Source: Octopus sinensis
Lineage: Eukaryota
Direction: 5' to 3'
DNA: 35,034 nt
Assembly (NCBI RefSeq): GCF_006345805.1
Contig: NW_021828082.1
Coordinates: 1 to 35,034, forward strand
Positions 1 to 12,454 of the stretch are shown here, one piece after another (the first letter of the stretch is position 1; the number at the start of each line of letters is the position of its first letter). Below the pieces are notes generated by a model that saw only the letters and a program-made list of their open reading frames with translations, did not search any database and was not told the origin of the DNA. Both the position numbers and the translations under genes were made by a program.

Positions 1-421
1 ATTTGCTTGTCACTTGCTTGAATCTTAACCAGTTGAGTATGTCCCTTAGTGTCTGACGATATGTGCATCTCTGATCAAGATCAGAAGTGGGGGAGCATCA
101 TAACCATGTGTTGAGAGGAATTCTTTGGGTTTTGAATAGTTCACCTCTGGAAGCATGGGCGTTTCGTTCAACATCCTTAAACTACCCTTAATCAGGAACC
201 TTTTGCGCTGGATGGGCTACTCAACCAGAAGAAATTATAACAGGGCCCCACTTGCAAGGTCATGCGCTGTTTATCTTGATATGAGATCACCACGTCACGC
301 ATATATGGCTGTGGTGCATGTGCCTGATGTACCCTTATCAGACGGATAGTCATAATGGGTATATTGGACTTCGTATATTTTTACTCGTGTCACTTTGATA
401 ACATGCGCTGCTCTCTCACTC
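1..421 (+). mobile_element. 3' region of a dispersed retroelement ending in a (TAA)n tail
   Basis: 248-421 recurs in reverse complement at 14332-14506. Both copies end ...GCTCTCTCACTC directly before (AAT)n. No ORF recognised, so family unassigned. Confidence 0.6.
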
Positions 422-486
<65 letters not shown>

Positions 487-527
487 GTAATAATAATAAT
501 AATAATAGTAATAATAATAATAATAAT
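422..527. repeat. (AAT)n microsatellite
   Basis: Direct reading. Confidence 0.97.
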
Positions 528-786
528 TGAAGTGGGAGACACAAATGTTGCGGGCAATAACACCAATAGTAATTAGCGCGCTTGGAAGTATCAGCACTCA
601 ACTAACAACACGGTTCAAAATGATTGGTACAAATGTAAAGATAGAACACCTACAAAAATCTTCATAGCTTGGAACTGCGAGAGTTCTCCGCATGGTCAGT
701 AAACAAGTGTCACCTTAGTCTCCGAGCTGTGAACAGCTGACACTCTCCATCATACCCAGCATAATATGCCGAGAGTTTCCATCAAC
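528..786 (+). mobile_element. 5'-truncated R4/Dong-like (RLE-type) non-LTR retrotransposon, C-terminus plus 3' UTR
   Basis: Translates as WETQMLRAITPIVISALGSISTQL...IEHLQKSS*LGTARVLRMV. This matches the RLE-clade C-terminal pattern V.PIVIGALG...LQK..LLGTARILR. Flanked by (AAT)n and (ACT)n/(AAT)n. Confidence 0.75.
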
Positions 787-860
787 TACTACTACCTACT
801 ACTACTACTACTACTACTACTACTAGTACTACTACTACTACTAACTACTACTACTACTAC

Positions 861-904
<44 letters not shown>

Positions 905-929
905 GTAATAATAATAATAATAGTTGTTG

Positions 930-995
<66 letters not shown>

Positions 996-1005
996 TATTA
1001 TCATT
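787..1005. repeat. compound (ACT)n/(AAT)n/(TTA)n microsatellite
   Basis: Direct reading. Confidence 0.95.
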
Positions 1006-1713
1006 AATAACGATTTCAAATTTTTGGCATAAGGTTAATAATTTCGGGGAGGGGCTAAGTTGATTACGTCGAACCGAGTACTCAACTGTTACTTATTTTA
1101 TCAACCCAATCTCAAGCATTCGCAGATTGCTTCAAATTTGAAGAAAATAGTTAACCGATGCAGTTAATTCCCGCCCTTGACTGGTTATTTAGTTTATCGA
1201 CATTCGAAGAATGGAAGGTAAAGATAAGCTGGATAAGATCTGAATGTTGATATTTAATAGAAAGCTCGAAATGGTAACCTTTGGGGTATTTTGTTTCAAT
1301 ATTTTTACTTTCCGAGTTCAAAACCCGCCGAAAATGATTTTACCTTTTATGCATTCGAGGTTGATACAAGTCTAATACTGAAATTGATTTAAATGATTTA
1401 ATTAATTTAGCTACGGGAAAGATGATAATTTTGTAATCGAATCTGGGAGAGTGAAATGCTCGGTCGATTTCAGCGGGATATGGAATAGAAAGAAGAGGGA
1501 TACAAGTAAATAAAACAGTGCAAGACATTTGATGTGTACTAGTAACACACTTTAGAACGAGAACAACCAGTTACATCAACTTGAGTGATACATTTTCTTT
1601 TATATGGGCACCACGTGGGTTTTATTTGGCACCGCTAAGAACACTACCGAGTCTGCTAGTCTCCAGTAAAAATAATGGTAACAACAACAACAACAACAAT
1701 AACAATAATAATC

Positions 1714-1910
1714 CTTTCTACTATAGGCAAGCAATTTTGAGGCAGTGGCGGTAGTGGTGGTGGTGGTGGTGGTGGGGGAAGCCGATTACATCGCCCCCAG
1801 TGCTTGACTGATACTTATATTATCGACCCCAAAGCCGAAATTTGAACTCAGAACGTAAAGAACCGGAAGAATGCTGCTAAGCATTGTCGGACGCGCTAAC
1901 GATTCAACCA
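1714..1910 (-). mobile_element. SINE family A copy, interrupted by (GGT)n
   Basis: Shares ...atcgacccc...tttgaactcagaacgtaaag...ctaagcatt...gctaacgattc with more than 10 other copies in the window. B-box-like GAGTTCAAAT on the minus strand. Confidence 0.75.
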
Positions 1911-1989
1911 CCAAAATAATGATAATAATATTTTCTATTAAAGGCACAAGCCTGAAATGAGTAGGGAAGGGGACTAGTCGATTACAAAA

Positions 1990-2168
1990 TGATAATAATA
2001 ATAATAGTAATAATAATAATAATAATAGAAGAAGAAGAAGAAGAAGAGAAGAAGAAGAAGAAGAAGAAGAAGAAGAAGAAGAAGAAGAGAAGAAAAGAAG
2101 AAGAAGAAGAAGAAGAAGAAGAAGAAGAAGAAGAAGAAGAAGAAGAAGAAGAAGAAGAAGAAAAAAAC
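1990..2168. repeat. (ATA)n + (GAA)n microsatellite
   Basis: Direct reading. Confidence 0.95.
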
Positions 2169-2180
2169 TTAATTACTTAC

Positions 2181-3374
2181 AATCGCCGGTCGAGACAGAT
2201 TGCTGGTCACTAATGTCCATTGCTGTGGTCTGCTTCAGCAGTTGCTTGTGATTTGTGATCTTTTGTTGGTTGCTAGAGAAGCTAAGATGTGTGTCCGGTG
2301 GTAGAATGGGTAAGGAAACGTGTTGGGGTGGGTAGGACAAACTCGCTGACGCCGCCGCCGCCGCCGCCGTCGCCGCCACCGCCGTCGCAGTATGATGGGC
2401 CAGCCGTGTATTGGGAAGGTGTGAGGTGAGATAATACGGATGGTAAGACTGTGAACGCTGTTGCTCCAAATGTAGCTGTTGCTGTTGTTGTTGTTGTTGT
2501 TGTTGTTGGCGAGGTTGATGTTGGTGGTGATATTGTTGAGGTAGTTGGTGGTAGTGGTGGGGGTGTTGTAATGTAAGAAGAGGTGGAAACGGAGTGGGTT
2601 GGAAGAGAGCTGACTGGTGGTGGGGAGGGGGGAAGGGGAAGGGAGCGGCCGAGGAAGGCGGGGCCGGCACCGGAACCGGGGCTGGTACTGGAGCCTGGAC
2701 GCAGCCGTTGAGAAGATGAGAGCGAAGCGGGAAAGCGAGGGACGAAAGCTGGTAGATACGGGATCGGTATGTGCTTGCCGCTGTGACAGTTGGCAGTGGT
2801 GGTGGTGGCGGTTGTGGCGGTGGTGGCGTTTGGCTGTGGTGGTGTTGGCGGTGGTGGTGGTGGTGGCGGTCGGTTGTCGTGGTGACGGGCGGGGACACGA
2901 CCGACAGAGACGCTGGGGTAGTGTTAGGTATCAAGCTGACTGGAGACACCTTGTCGGACAGGGTCTTCTTCTCTGATCGAAGAAGTCGGGTGTTTAGCGT
3001 TGATGGAAGCACGTTTACGGTGGACAACGGCGTCGTTGACGACGTCGACGACGACGGCGATAATATCGGCGATGATAGTAATGACGATGAAGATGAAAAC
3101 AACGACGAGATCGATGAAAGCAAATGTGACGTTAACGAGAGCAACTGTGGTGACGGCGGCGGCGGCGGCTGTTGCGATGGCGGTGAAGATTGAAGCGATG
3201 ACAGTGTCGATAATCCTGGTGATAACGAATGAGGCCACCGTGATGCTGATGCGGTCGACGACGATGATGGCGATGACAGTTTTCTTGTTGCTGTTAATGG
3301 TGACGATGAAAATTTCGATATTGTCTTTAATGATGGTGACGACGACGATGATGATGAAGATGATGATGATGATA

Positions 3375-3405
<31 letters not shown>

Positions 3406-3515
3406 TGGTGGTGGTGACGATGATGATGATGATGACGACGATGACGACGATGAGAATGATGATGATAATAAAATCAGTCGTCCGTTAGATGTCGTGCTAG
3501 AGGCAGCCACGGCTT
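2181..3515 (-). CDS. Probable internal coding exon (1335 nt, phase 1-1) encoding a Ser/Pro/Thr/Gln/His-rich disordered segment; parent gene unidentified
   Basis: Frame open for 445 codons. Pyrimidine tract plus TCAG acceptor (AG at 3517-3516) and a T|GTAAGT donor at 2180-2175. Length divisible by 3. Ser tracts vary at synonymous third positions (TCA/TCG/TCT). The antisense Asp-rich frame is broken by stops. If the donor is unused, TAA at 2173-2175 makes it a terminal exon. Confidence 0.7.
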
Positions 3516-3632
3516 CTGACGTATAAACATAACAAAGGAAGAAACAACAGAGAATAAAGAAACAAACAGTACGCTTTAAAAAAAATTACACTTCCAGTAA
3601 AGACCCAAACAGTTCCCTCTTTTACCGACATG

Positions 3633-3750
3633 AATGTATGTATGTGTGTGTGTATGTATGTATGTATGTATGTATGTATGTATGTATGTATGTATGTATG
3701 TATGTATGTGTGTATCTATGTATGTATGTATGTATGTATACACACGCACA
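3633..3750. repeat. (TATG)n microsatellite
   Basis: Direct reading. Confidence 0.95.
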
Positions 3751-4912
3751 CTCACGGAGAGTCGATCCGTATAGGTCAGTCACTATGAAATGATTTTCTT
3801 AGCCTCGATCCAGAACAGGTGTTGTATATACAACTATTATGTCTCTCCCTCTACAGCGTCTTTATCACACCACCAACTACAACGAATGCCCACCACTGTC
3901 ACGACTGCAGCAGCAAGAATCGAAGACTGAAGAAAAAGTCACATGAAAATAAAATATGAAGAAACTTCAGCCGTCCTGTCTTTGACTATTTACTTCCTTC
4001 TTTCTTTCTTCTTTTTTTCGCCACACCTTCAACGTATTGTGACAGCCAACATATATATATATATATAGCTTTAAATCTCTGCCAGTGATTATATTATGAT
4101 TATTATGTTATTTTTATAATCCGTTTCGTTTCAACTTTGATCCTGTTACAGACACAGCTTTAGGAAAAGACTCCTTCACGGTCCTCTGTCAAGTTATGTT
4201 TATGTATGATGTTATGTTTGTCTCCATGCGTGAATATATAAAATGAATTTATCAACATTTGTAACTTATATATTTTATGTGTGTATCCATACAGTGTGTG
4301 CATGTGTGTGTATATGTGTGTATATGTGTGTGTGTACGTGTGTGTATTTTGTTTATGTGAAGGTTCCGACTGCTTTGTCAACTAATATTTAGTGCGAATA
4401 TTACGTGTTATTATAAGGTAACTTACGTGTAATGCGATTTTAGCTCATCATGTCTGTCCTCTCAGACTTAGCATAGATAAGTGTTTCAAGTTTTAAAATC
4501 GTGCATAATCAGCAATTAATTATTAACTATAAAAATTAACGAAATTAACGAATAAAGAATAAAAAGTATATTATTAGGTATTTCTTAACGTTTTTTGTTT
4601 CTTCGATATGTTTTCTAACTATTTTTTTTTAACTTTAAGGAAATAGTTTGTGATATATGAGTTAAGACGTATCACAAGACCTGTCACAGAAAAATTAAAT
4701 AATGCGCGCGTGTGTTTGTGCGTGTATGCGTGCGCGCGTAGCGTGTGTGTGTAAAACTCAAGTGATTCAGTTAACACTAACAGAGACTGTAGATTACATA
4801 CAACTAAAATAGCAACAACAGCGAACAATTGCGGCAACATCAACAGCAAAGGTGATGATAGTTAACGGTAACAGTAGAGAACATATCTACTTGCATTAGA
4901 AAATATGTCGAA

Positions 4913-4925
4913 AGTAGTAGTAGTG

Positions 4926-5012
<87 letters not shown>

Positions 5013-5013
5013 A
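4913..5013. repeat. (GTA)n microsatellite
   Basis: Direct reading. Confidence 0.95.
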
Positions 5014-5544
5014 GAGGAAAAGAAAGAGAAAATTAAAGAAATCAAACAAGGCAGAGCGACTGAGTAGGTCCGTGATTAAGTGCCGGGTGGCGATCGCTTA
5101 ACTCTGTTGTTGTCATTGTTATTGTAGCTGTTGCTGTTACTGTTGTTTTTGTTGTTGTTGTTGTTGGTGTTGGTGGTGGTGGTGGTGCTGATGATGATGA
5201 TGTTGGTGATGTTGATGGTGATGATTTTGTTGATAATGTTCTAAATCTTATGAATTATCATTGCTTTCTTGCTGTTGCATCTTTGATTAACTTGTTTCCA
5301 CAATTGTTGCTTCAGTTTTTAACTCTTTTCCTTTCTTCTTCCTCTTCTTCTGCTGCTGCTGTTGCTGCTGTTGCTGTAGTCGTAGTTGTTGCTGTTGGTA
5401 GTAGTGGCGGTAGTGGTAGGGGTAGTGGTGATGGTGTTTATGATACTGACGTGATCATTGCTGTTAATGTTATAATGTATCATAAACCTACGTACCTCTG
5501 GCGGTGGGGCCTGTGTATGTGTGCGTGTGTGTGTGGGTATACTT

Positions 5545-5659
5545 ATATATATATATATATATAATATATATATATGTAATATCACATACACAATGTGATA
5601 GCGTGTGTGTGTATGTGTGTATGCGTGTACTTATTCTATGAATGTATGTGTGTGTGTGA

Positions 5660-5702
<43 letters not shown>

Positions 5703-5843
5703 ATATATAATATAATATATAATATATTGTGTATATATGAATAGATATATATGTGTATATATGTATATATGATATAATATATATATATTATATATATAAA
5801 ATATATAAATGGTGGTATATGTAAAATAATATTATATATAATG

Positions 5844-5896
<53 letters not shown>

Positions 5897-5940
5897 ATAT
5901 ATATATATAAATGGTTGTATATGTATAATAATATTATATA

Positions 5941-5998
<58 letters not shown>

Positions 5999-6209
5999 AT
6001 ATCTATATATAAATGGTTGTATATGTATAAATATATTATATATATATGTATGTATAATATTTATATATATTATATATATATATAAATGGTTGTATATGTA
6101 TAAATATTTGTATATATATGTATATATATGTTATATGTGTTATATATATATATATCAGTAGCTAGGTAAGTAAGAGGAAGATAAGCAGTAGATATATATA
6201 TAATATATA

Positions 6210-6245
<36 letters not shown>

Positions 6246-6330
6246 GATAGATATATATATATAGATAGATAGATAGATAGATAGATATAGATAGATAGAT
6301 AGATGATAGATAGATAGATAGATAGATATA
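5545..6330. repeat. (TA)n-rich compound array with a four-fold higher-order unit, ending in (GATA)n
   Basis: Motif TAAATGGT(T/G)GTATATGTA recurs near 5805, 5908, 6010 and 6083. Confidence 0.9.
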
Positions 6331-7696
6331 GTTTAAGACCAAGATATTTCACAGTGAGATCAGTATATCAGTATATTGTATATCATCACCAGTGTATCAT
6401 AATCCCAGTATTTGATATTAAAGTATCACTGCAAAGTAATCAGGTTGGAAGAAGCTTTGACATTGCACTTGTCTTGTAACCGTGATAAATGTCTATGCAA
6501 GTACACACATACAAATAGACAAGAACACTCTCTCACACTTACAGGGACACATAACACATACATACATATATACATACACACCGACTGTGGTGATCTAGAG
6601 AGAAGTAAGGAAAGGGTAACGTCTATGCGTGTGGAGAGAGAATGAGGAGGTGGAAAGACGGGAGGAAGTAGAAAGTAAGGGAGAGAGAGAGAGAAGGAGG
6701 CTTGGGAGGAGGGAAAAAGTTAATTGCTAGTGTTAATGGTGGCAAATGACGTTTGTGGGTGTGATATGAAAGTTGGCTATGTAATATCAAGGTATTATTG
6801 CGGTGGCGGCGGTCCTGGGGGTGGTGCGGTGGCAGTGGCGGTGGCACTGGTGGTGGTGGCGGTAGTGGTAGTTGTAGTAGTAGCGGTTGTGGTGAGTTGT
6901 TGTTTAGCCATGGGTCAGTTGCGATCGATGAGATGATATATGATTTAAAAAATAGCTTCCGCCGTGACCATCTCCTCTTTTTCGTCGAACCACATTATCT
7001 CAGTGTGCCCAACTTCAGTAAGTAAAGCTGATCTGAGGGATATTTGGCTGCACTTTCTAGCAGGTCAACTGCTGGTAGTGACTAGTAATATTGATGCTGG
7101 TGGGGATAATAATGATAACAGAGATTAGATGCGGCTTTGGTGGTGGTGATGGTTGTCGTGGTAAGTCGGTGGTAGTGGTGGTGACGATGGTGGTTGTAAT
7201 GGAAATGGTAATGGTGATTGGTGATGGTATGAGTGAAAGGTTTCGATTGTAGTGGTGAGTAGTAGTAGTAGTAGTCGTAGTAGTAGTGGTGGTGATGGTG
7301 GTGGAACGATTGGTGGTGGCAATGGTAGTGAGTTCTATAAGGAGTACAGGAGACGGGAGGGAGGAGCAGATCAACTAACGCAGAATGGCAAATAACGAAA
7401 AAGGTGGTGGTGGTGGTTGGTGGTGGTGGTGGTGGTGGTGGTAGTGGTGGTTGTAGTCGTGACGGTGGTGGTTGCGATGGCGGTGGTGATGGGTGGTACA
7501 GTCACGGGTGGAGGTAATCGAAGAACAGAGTGGGAGGAGTGAGTGGTGGAGATGGAACGAAAGGCGGAAGAGAGAGTCGAAGAAGTTGCTTGGGTAGTGA
7601 ATGACAGGGGAGGGGCCAGACAGATAATACTTGATTAAGATATTTAGCGAGTGCATGGGAGTGGATCAGAGGATGATTATCAAAGAGTGAAAATAT

Positions 7697-7735
7697 TAGA
7701 GAGAGAGAGAGAAGGGGATGGGAGATAGGGGAAAT

Positions 7736-7783
<48 letters not shown>

Positions 7784-8151
7784 GGAGAGAGAAAAGAAGG
7801 GACAGGCAGAACCAGAAAGGGGAGAGTTTATAAGTATCTAAACAGTCATTCATATAAGAATATTTGTACGTTTATATGTATGTACGTATGTATGAGTGTA
7901 TGTATGTGTATGTGTGTATTTATGTATGTATGTATGTATGTTTGTTTGTATGTAAGTATGATCGTGTGTATGTATGTATATATGTATGTATGCATGTATG
8001 TATGTATGCATGTATGCATGTATGTATGTATGTATATATGTATGTATGTATGCATGTATGCGTGTGTGTGTATGTATGTATGAAGGTATGTATGAATTTA
8101 TGTACGTACATCTAACTATCTTTACACACACACATGCACACACGCACACAC

Positions 8152-8185
<34 letters not shown>

Positions 8186-8235
8186 GCATATTCACGTCTA
8201 CATGCTTGTATCTGCGTGCGTGTGTGTGTGTGTGC
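7697..8235. repeat. compound (GA)n/(TATG)n/(CA)n/(TA)n microsatellites
   Basis: Direct reading. Confidence 0.9.
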
Positions 8236-8811
8236 GTGAACAAGTAAAGTGGGAGGGAAGCAGAGACACGAAGTATGGAAAATAAAGTAGGTGTGGGAGA
8301 AGAAATGTGATTGTTTGATAGTTTGGCAACTCTGTTTAAATTCGACTGAAATATTGGAATTGTGGCTTTTAGTGCCTGTCATATACAGAAAACCATTTTC
8401 CACGTGCATCATAATATACCTTCTCTCTTACACTTTGTGTTTGTGTGTGCGTGTATGTGTGTGTGTGTGTATGTATGCATATATGTATATATATATATGA
8501 GTGTCTATGCTCATATATATTATATATATATATATATATACACACACACATCACTTAATTTCTCTCCATCACGTTTTACCAGATTTCTCTTGCTCTCTTT
8601 CTCTCTCTACTTGATCTAATATCTTTTCATACCCTTTATCACCTGCTTTGACATGCATGTATACACCTGTACATACATAAATACACATACATGCAACATA
8701 CAAGAATATACATACTCATATACATACATGCACAAAACCACCACTTGCAACAAATATAAGACAAACATATATACTCAATATATATATATATATGTATGTA
8801 TGTATGTATGC

Positions 8812-8879
<68 letters not shown>

Positions 8880-9821
8880 CTCCCCTACAGACACATATTA
8901 AATGTTTTTCAACACTCGCACAATATCAAATACCTTCTTTCCTACAACTACACCTCATCACTTTCATCCCGTTCATTGTTTCTCAGTCTCTCTCTCTCAC
9001 TCTCTCTCTCGCTCTCTCTCACTCGCTCTCTCTCACTCGCTCTCTCTCTCTCTCTCTCTCTCTCATTCATATAGTTACTTGCCAATTGAGTAACGAATTT
9101 ACCTTCACAATATCACTTCCCACCAACTTTTTTCCTCCTACTCTTCTAGCATCTTCACTCTCACCTTAATTGCCACGTTCGCTGTATTAATACCACTCTC
9201 TTCCTCGAATTTTCACCCTCTCCATCCGATTATAGCCGCTTTTCTTCCACCCCCTTTCTTTTTTTTTCTCTCTCTCTCTCTCTCTCTGCCACACACACAC
9301 ACACACACACATACACAAATCACATACACATACGTATTTTCTCTCCCCAGCTCTCCTTTATTCTCTCAATGTCTTTTGCTTTACCTTCTCTCACAGCTAC
9401 CTTCAATAAGCTTTAGTTTTTCCCCCATTATTTCCGCCCTCCCTCCCTCTCTTTTCCTCTCCTCTATTCATATTTTCATACTTTCCCATTTCCATCCATT
9501 TTCATTCAATTCAAACACGAATAAAAAGTCAGTCGGTCAGTTCAATGTTACCACCTACCCATCTCACTCCTCCTATTTCCACCCCCACTTTGGCGTTTGC
9601 TTATTCGTTTCAGTTATTTCCACCTTCCTCTTTTTGTGTCCTCCCACCATCACCATCTCTGTCAGCATCACCCGTACAAGCCCCTCCCTCTCCTAATTTG
9701 GTGACGTTTGATTGGTGATGTTGATAGCTTAGTTCCTCAACTCAATCACTCCTAGAGTCAAGGCAGAGAATCTAGGCATGATAATTATATGTAAATTGAA
9801 TATAAATTGTATTATCGTTTG

Positions 9822-10108
9822 TCTTCTACTTGTTTCAGTGATGGGAATGTGGCCATATTGGGGCACCGCTTTGAAGGGTTTTAGGCTACCCCAGTAGTTG
9901 CTTGGTTATTCTAACCGTCGCTCTTTGTCGAACCATTAAGTACGGAGCCTTAATCAAACTAACACTACACACACACACACACGAAATCCACTCACAAGAT
10001 TTTTGTCGGCCTAAGGCAATAATAGAAGACATTTGCCCAAAGTGCCACGCAGTGGATCTGAACTCATAATCGTGGTTGAGAAGCGAATTTCTTACCACAC
10101 AGCCACAC
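9822..10108 (-). mobile_element. tRNA-derived SINE family B (resembles octopus OR-type SINEs, from memory)
   Basis: Head GTGTGGCTGTGTGGTAAG...GAGTTCAGATCC (A/B boxes), internal (GT)n, 3' tail GCGGTGCCCCAATATGGCC...CTGAAACAAGT. Homologous to 18311, 27815, 30052 and 34473. Confidence 0.8.
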
Positions 10109-10124
10109 AAGTGGTTTCAAATTT

Positions 10125-10267
10125 TGGCAGCTGCTGCTCATTTTATTAATCTCGAAAGGGATGAAAAGCAAAGTCTACCTCAGTGGAATTTTAACTGAGA
10201 GCGTTAAGTCGGAAGAAATACTGCTAAGCATCTTGTCCGGCGTATTAACGATTCTGCCAGCTTGCCA
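10125..10267 (-). mobile_element. SINE family A copy
   Basis: Minus strand begins GGCAAGCTGGCAGAATCGTTAATACGCCGGACAAGATGCTTAGC. Confidence 0.8.
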
Positions 10268-10660
10268 CTTTACTAGGGCCTACATATTATGAATTATTTA
10301 TAAAAGTGGAGAAAATCTCTATCAGAAGAAAATGCACCAAAATCAGGGGAAAATGTTAGAAATGGTAGCATATTGGACTTGTCCTGAAATATTAAATTTC
10401 GATTGCGTTTTGAGGCAGATAGCACCGAAGTCGATTTTGCTCCTATCCTTTCCCGGGTCGTCTATAAAATAAGATCCAGCAATACAATGCACTGATTTTA
10501 ATATTCTGTACCTTTATAGCCTTCTGCCAAGTGTTATGAATATTCATTTCGTTTTAAGATCAAATCCCGCTGAGGTCAACTTTTAAGTTCATTCTTGGGA
10601 GGGTGAAATAAGAAACCTCCAGCTTCGTGGTGGGTAATAATAATAATGATATTTTTTCTT

Positions 10661-11025
10661 TTGTTCTTAATGTAGGCACAAAGCCAGTAGTTTTGGGGAG
10701 AGAAGCGAAGTCGATAACATCGACCCAAGTACTTGATTGGTACTTTATTTTATCGACTCCCCAGAGAGATGAAAGTTACTGTGGGATTTGAACTCAGAAC
10801 GTAAAAAGCCGACAGAAATTCCAGTGCAGCCAAATATGTAACCATTGGGACAAGACCAGTAATTTTAAGTTGGTAGGGAGGTGGAGCACATTGGTATTTA
10901 TTTTAGAGACCTCGAAAGAATGAAAGTCAAAGTCAGTCTCGGCGACATTTGAACTCAGAACGTAAAAAGCTGGAAAAAATGTCGCTAAGCATTTTGTACG
11001 ACGCGCTTCAGATTTTGCCATCTGA
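10661..11025 (-). mobile_element. two adjacent or nested SINE family A copies
   Basis: TTTGAACTCAGAACGTAAAAAGC occurs twice (~10788 and ~10949) with flanking family motifs. Confidence 0.75.
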
Positions 11026-11329
11026 CCACTGTTTGTCGATTCACCTTAACCTCATGTTTCACTACAGCTGGGCTTCATTTTGCAATAAGCAAATAACTTC
11101 TCGCCTTTGGTTTTTTTTTATGGAATATGAAAGAAAATATTTCAAGTGAAAGCTTTATTACTGACAAAACACTGTACATTCATGTATAATACAAACCTTG
11201 ATTTTCAGGCCTAAATTACCTTAATTATATTATGTACAACCAGCAGAGTTGCACAACTGTTACAAAAGAAGATGACCTAATATAATTCCATACTTTTTAA
11301 TTATTGAATATTCCGTTATTATATAACGA

Positions 11330-11663
11330 CACTGCATAGTGCCAAAAGTCCCAGCAATGCCATCACGCTGCAGGACTAGTTATTGCAACAGCCTGGGTTC
11401 CAAGGGCCCACAGCTTTTTAATATTCTCCCAAAGAGTCTGAGGAACTTGCATAAAGGAGATGTAGGAGTTTTAAAATCAAAGCTGGACCTCTTCCTGTCG
11501 AGAGTCCCTGATGAACCTACCTCACGACAAGAGGTGCAAATGAGGGTAGCTATATCAAACTCCATGCTTCACCAAGTGCCACATATTAGAGGAGGCTCTT
11601 AGTAATAACAGTGTAGCAAAACGGCGGTGCATCAGCATGGCCATAGCTCTGTGCTGAAACTAG
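11330..11663 (+). mobile_element. 3' end of a CR1-group (CR1/Daphne-like) LINE
   Basis: ORF2 C-terminus NSLGSKGPQLFNILPKSLRN...KSKLDLFLSRVPDEP...SNSMLHQ, stop at 11600-11602. 3' tail GGCGGTGCATCAGCATGGCCATAGCTCTGTGCTGAAACTAG at 11623-11663. Confidence 0.8.
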
Positions 11664-11689
11664 AGAAAAAACATATATATTAGTAAATG

Positions 11690-11880
11690 CTAATGCGGCT
11701 ACCTGGCAGGTCGTTAGCAAGTCGGACAAAATGGTTAGCAGCATTTCGTTCGTCTTTTACGTTCTGAGTTCAAATTCCTTACGAGGTCGACTTTGCTTTT
11801 CATTCTTCCGGGGTCGATGAAAAAGGTTCCAGTCGATGTACTCGATTAGCCCTTTCCCCACCAAATTGAAAGGATTATTA
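11690..11880 (+). mobile_element. SINE family A copy
   Basis: CTGGCAGGTCGTTAGC...TTCTGAGTTCAAATTCC...GAGGTCGACTTTGC. Confidence 0.8.
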
Positions 11881-11919
11881 TATATTAAATGTCATTACTT
11901 TTTAATTTTTATTTTTCTA

Positions 11920-12115
11920 GCAAGATGGCAAGATGGCGGAATCGTATTATGCCGGGTAAAATGCTTAGAGAGCATTTATTTTATCTGTCTTTGCGTTCTG
12001 TGTTCAAATTCCACCGAGCGGGGCGATGAAATAAGTACCAGCCGAGCACTGGGATTGATGTGATCGACTTAACACTTCGCTCGAAATTTTTGGCCTTGTG
12101 CCAAATTTAAAACCA
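11920..12115 (+). mobile_element. SINE family A copy
   Basis: GGCGGAATCGT...AAAATGCTTAG...TGTGTTCAAATTCC...AAGTACCAG...GGCCTTGTGCCAAATTT. Confidence 0.75.
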
Positions 12116-12454
12116 ATATTTAATTTTCAGTTAAAAATCTAAAATAAATTATAAAGCTTAATTACATTATTGTATCTTTTCTTAATAAAAGCTTTTGAAC
12201 AAATATTTGCAGCCTAATAGCATGTAATATAAGTACTCCTAATTGAACATTCATATTATGGAAAACATGCGTATGCATGAAGTTTTACGGCAAATATACT
12301 TTCTAGAACTCGGCGACACAATGCTGGTATCATTACTGTGAAAACAGATGATAATGACATTTAAGTTCGATATGTGATGAAGAGTTATTTGATAGTCCAG
12401 AAAAAATGCTTTACTAGACCGAGTTCTGATTGCAGATAAATAATATCACAGCTA

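Noticed and set aside
2771-3530. Plus-strand Asp/Gly-rich ORFs
   Set aside because: Antisense shadow of the minus-strand exon; interrupted by stops at ~3191 and ~3228.
5496-5510. 15-nt candidate micro-exon on the minus strand (CAG|GCCCCACCGCCAGAG|GTACGT), phase-compatible with the large exon
   Set aside because: No polypyrimidine tract; such short matches arise by chance. Needs RNA-seq junctions.
6720-7660. Thr/His/Pro-rich minus-strand ORFs
   Set aside because: Frames are short and broken by stops with no clear splice signals. May be UTR or intronic low-complexity sequence.
12304-12429. 9-bp inverted repeat AGAACTCGG/CCGAGTTCT
   Set aside because: Too short, with no TSD; compatible with chance.
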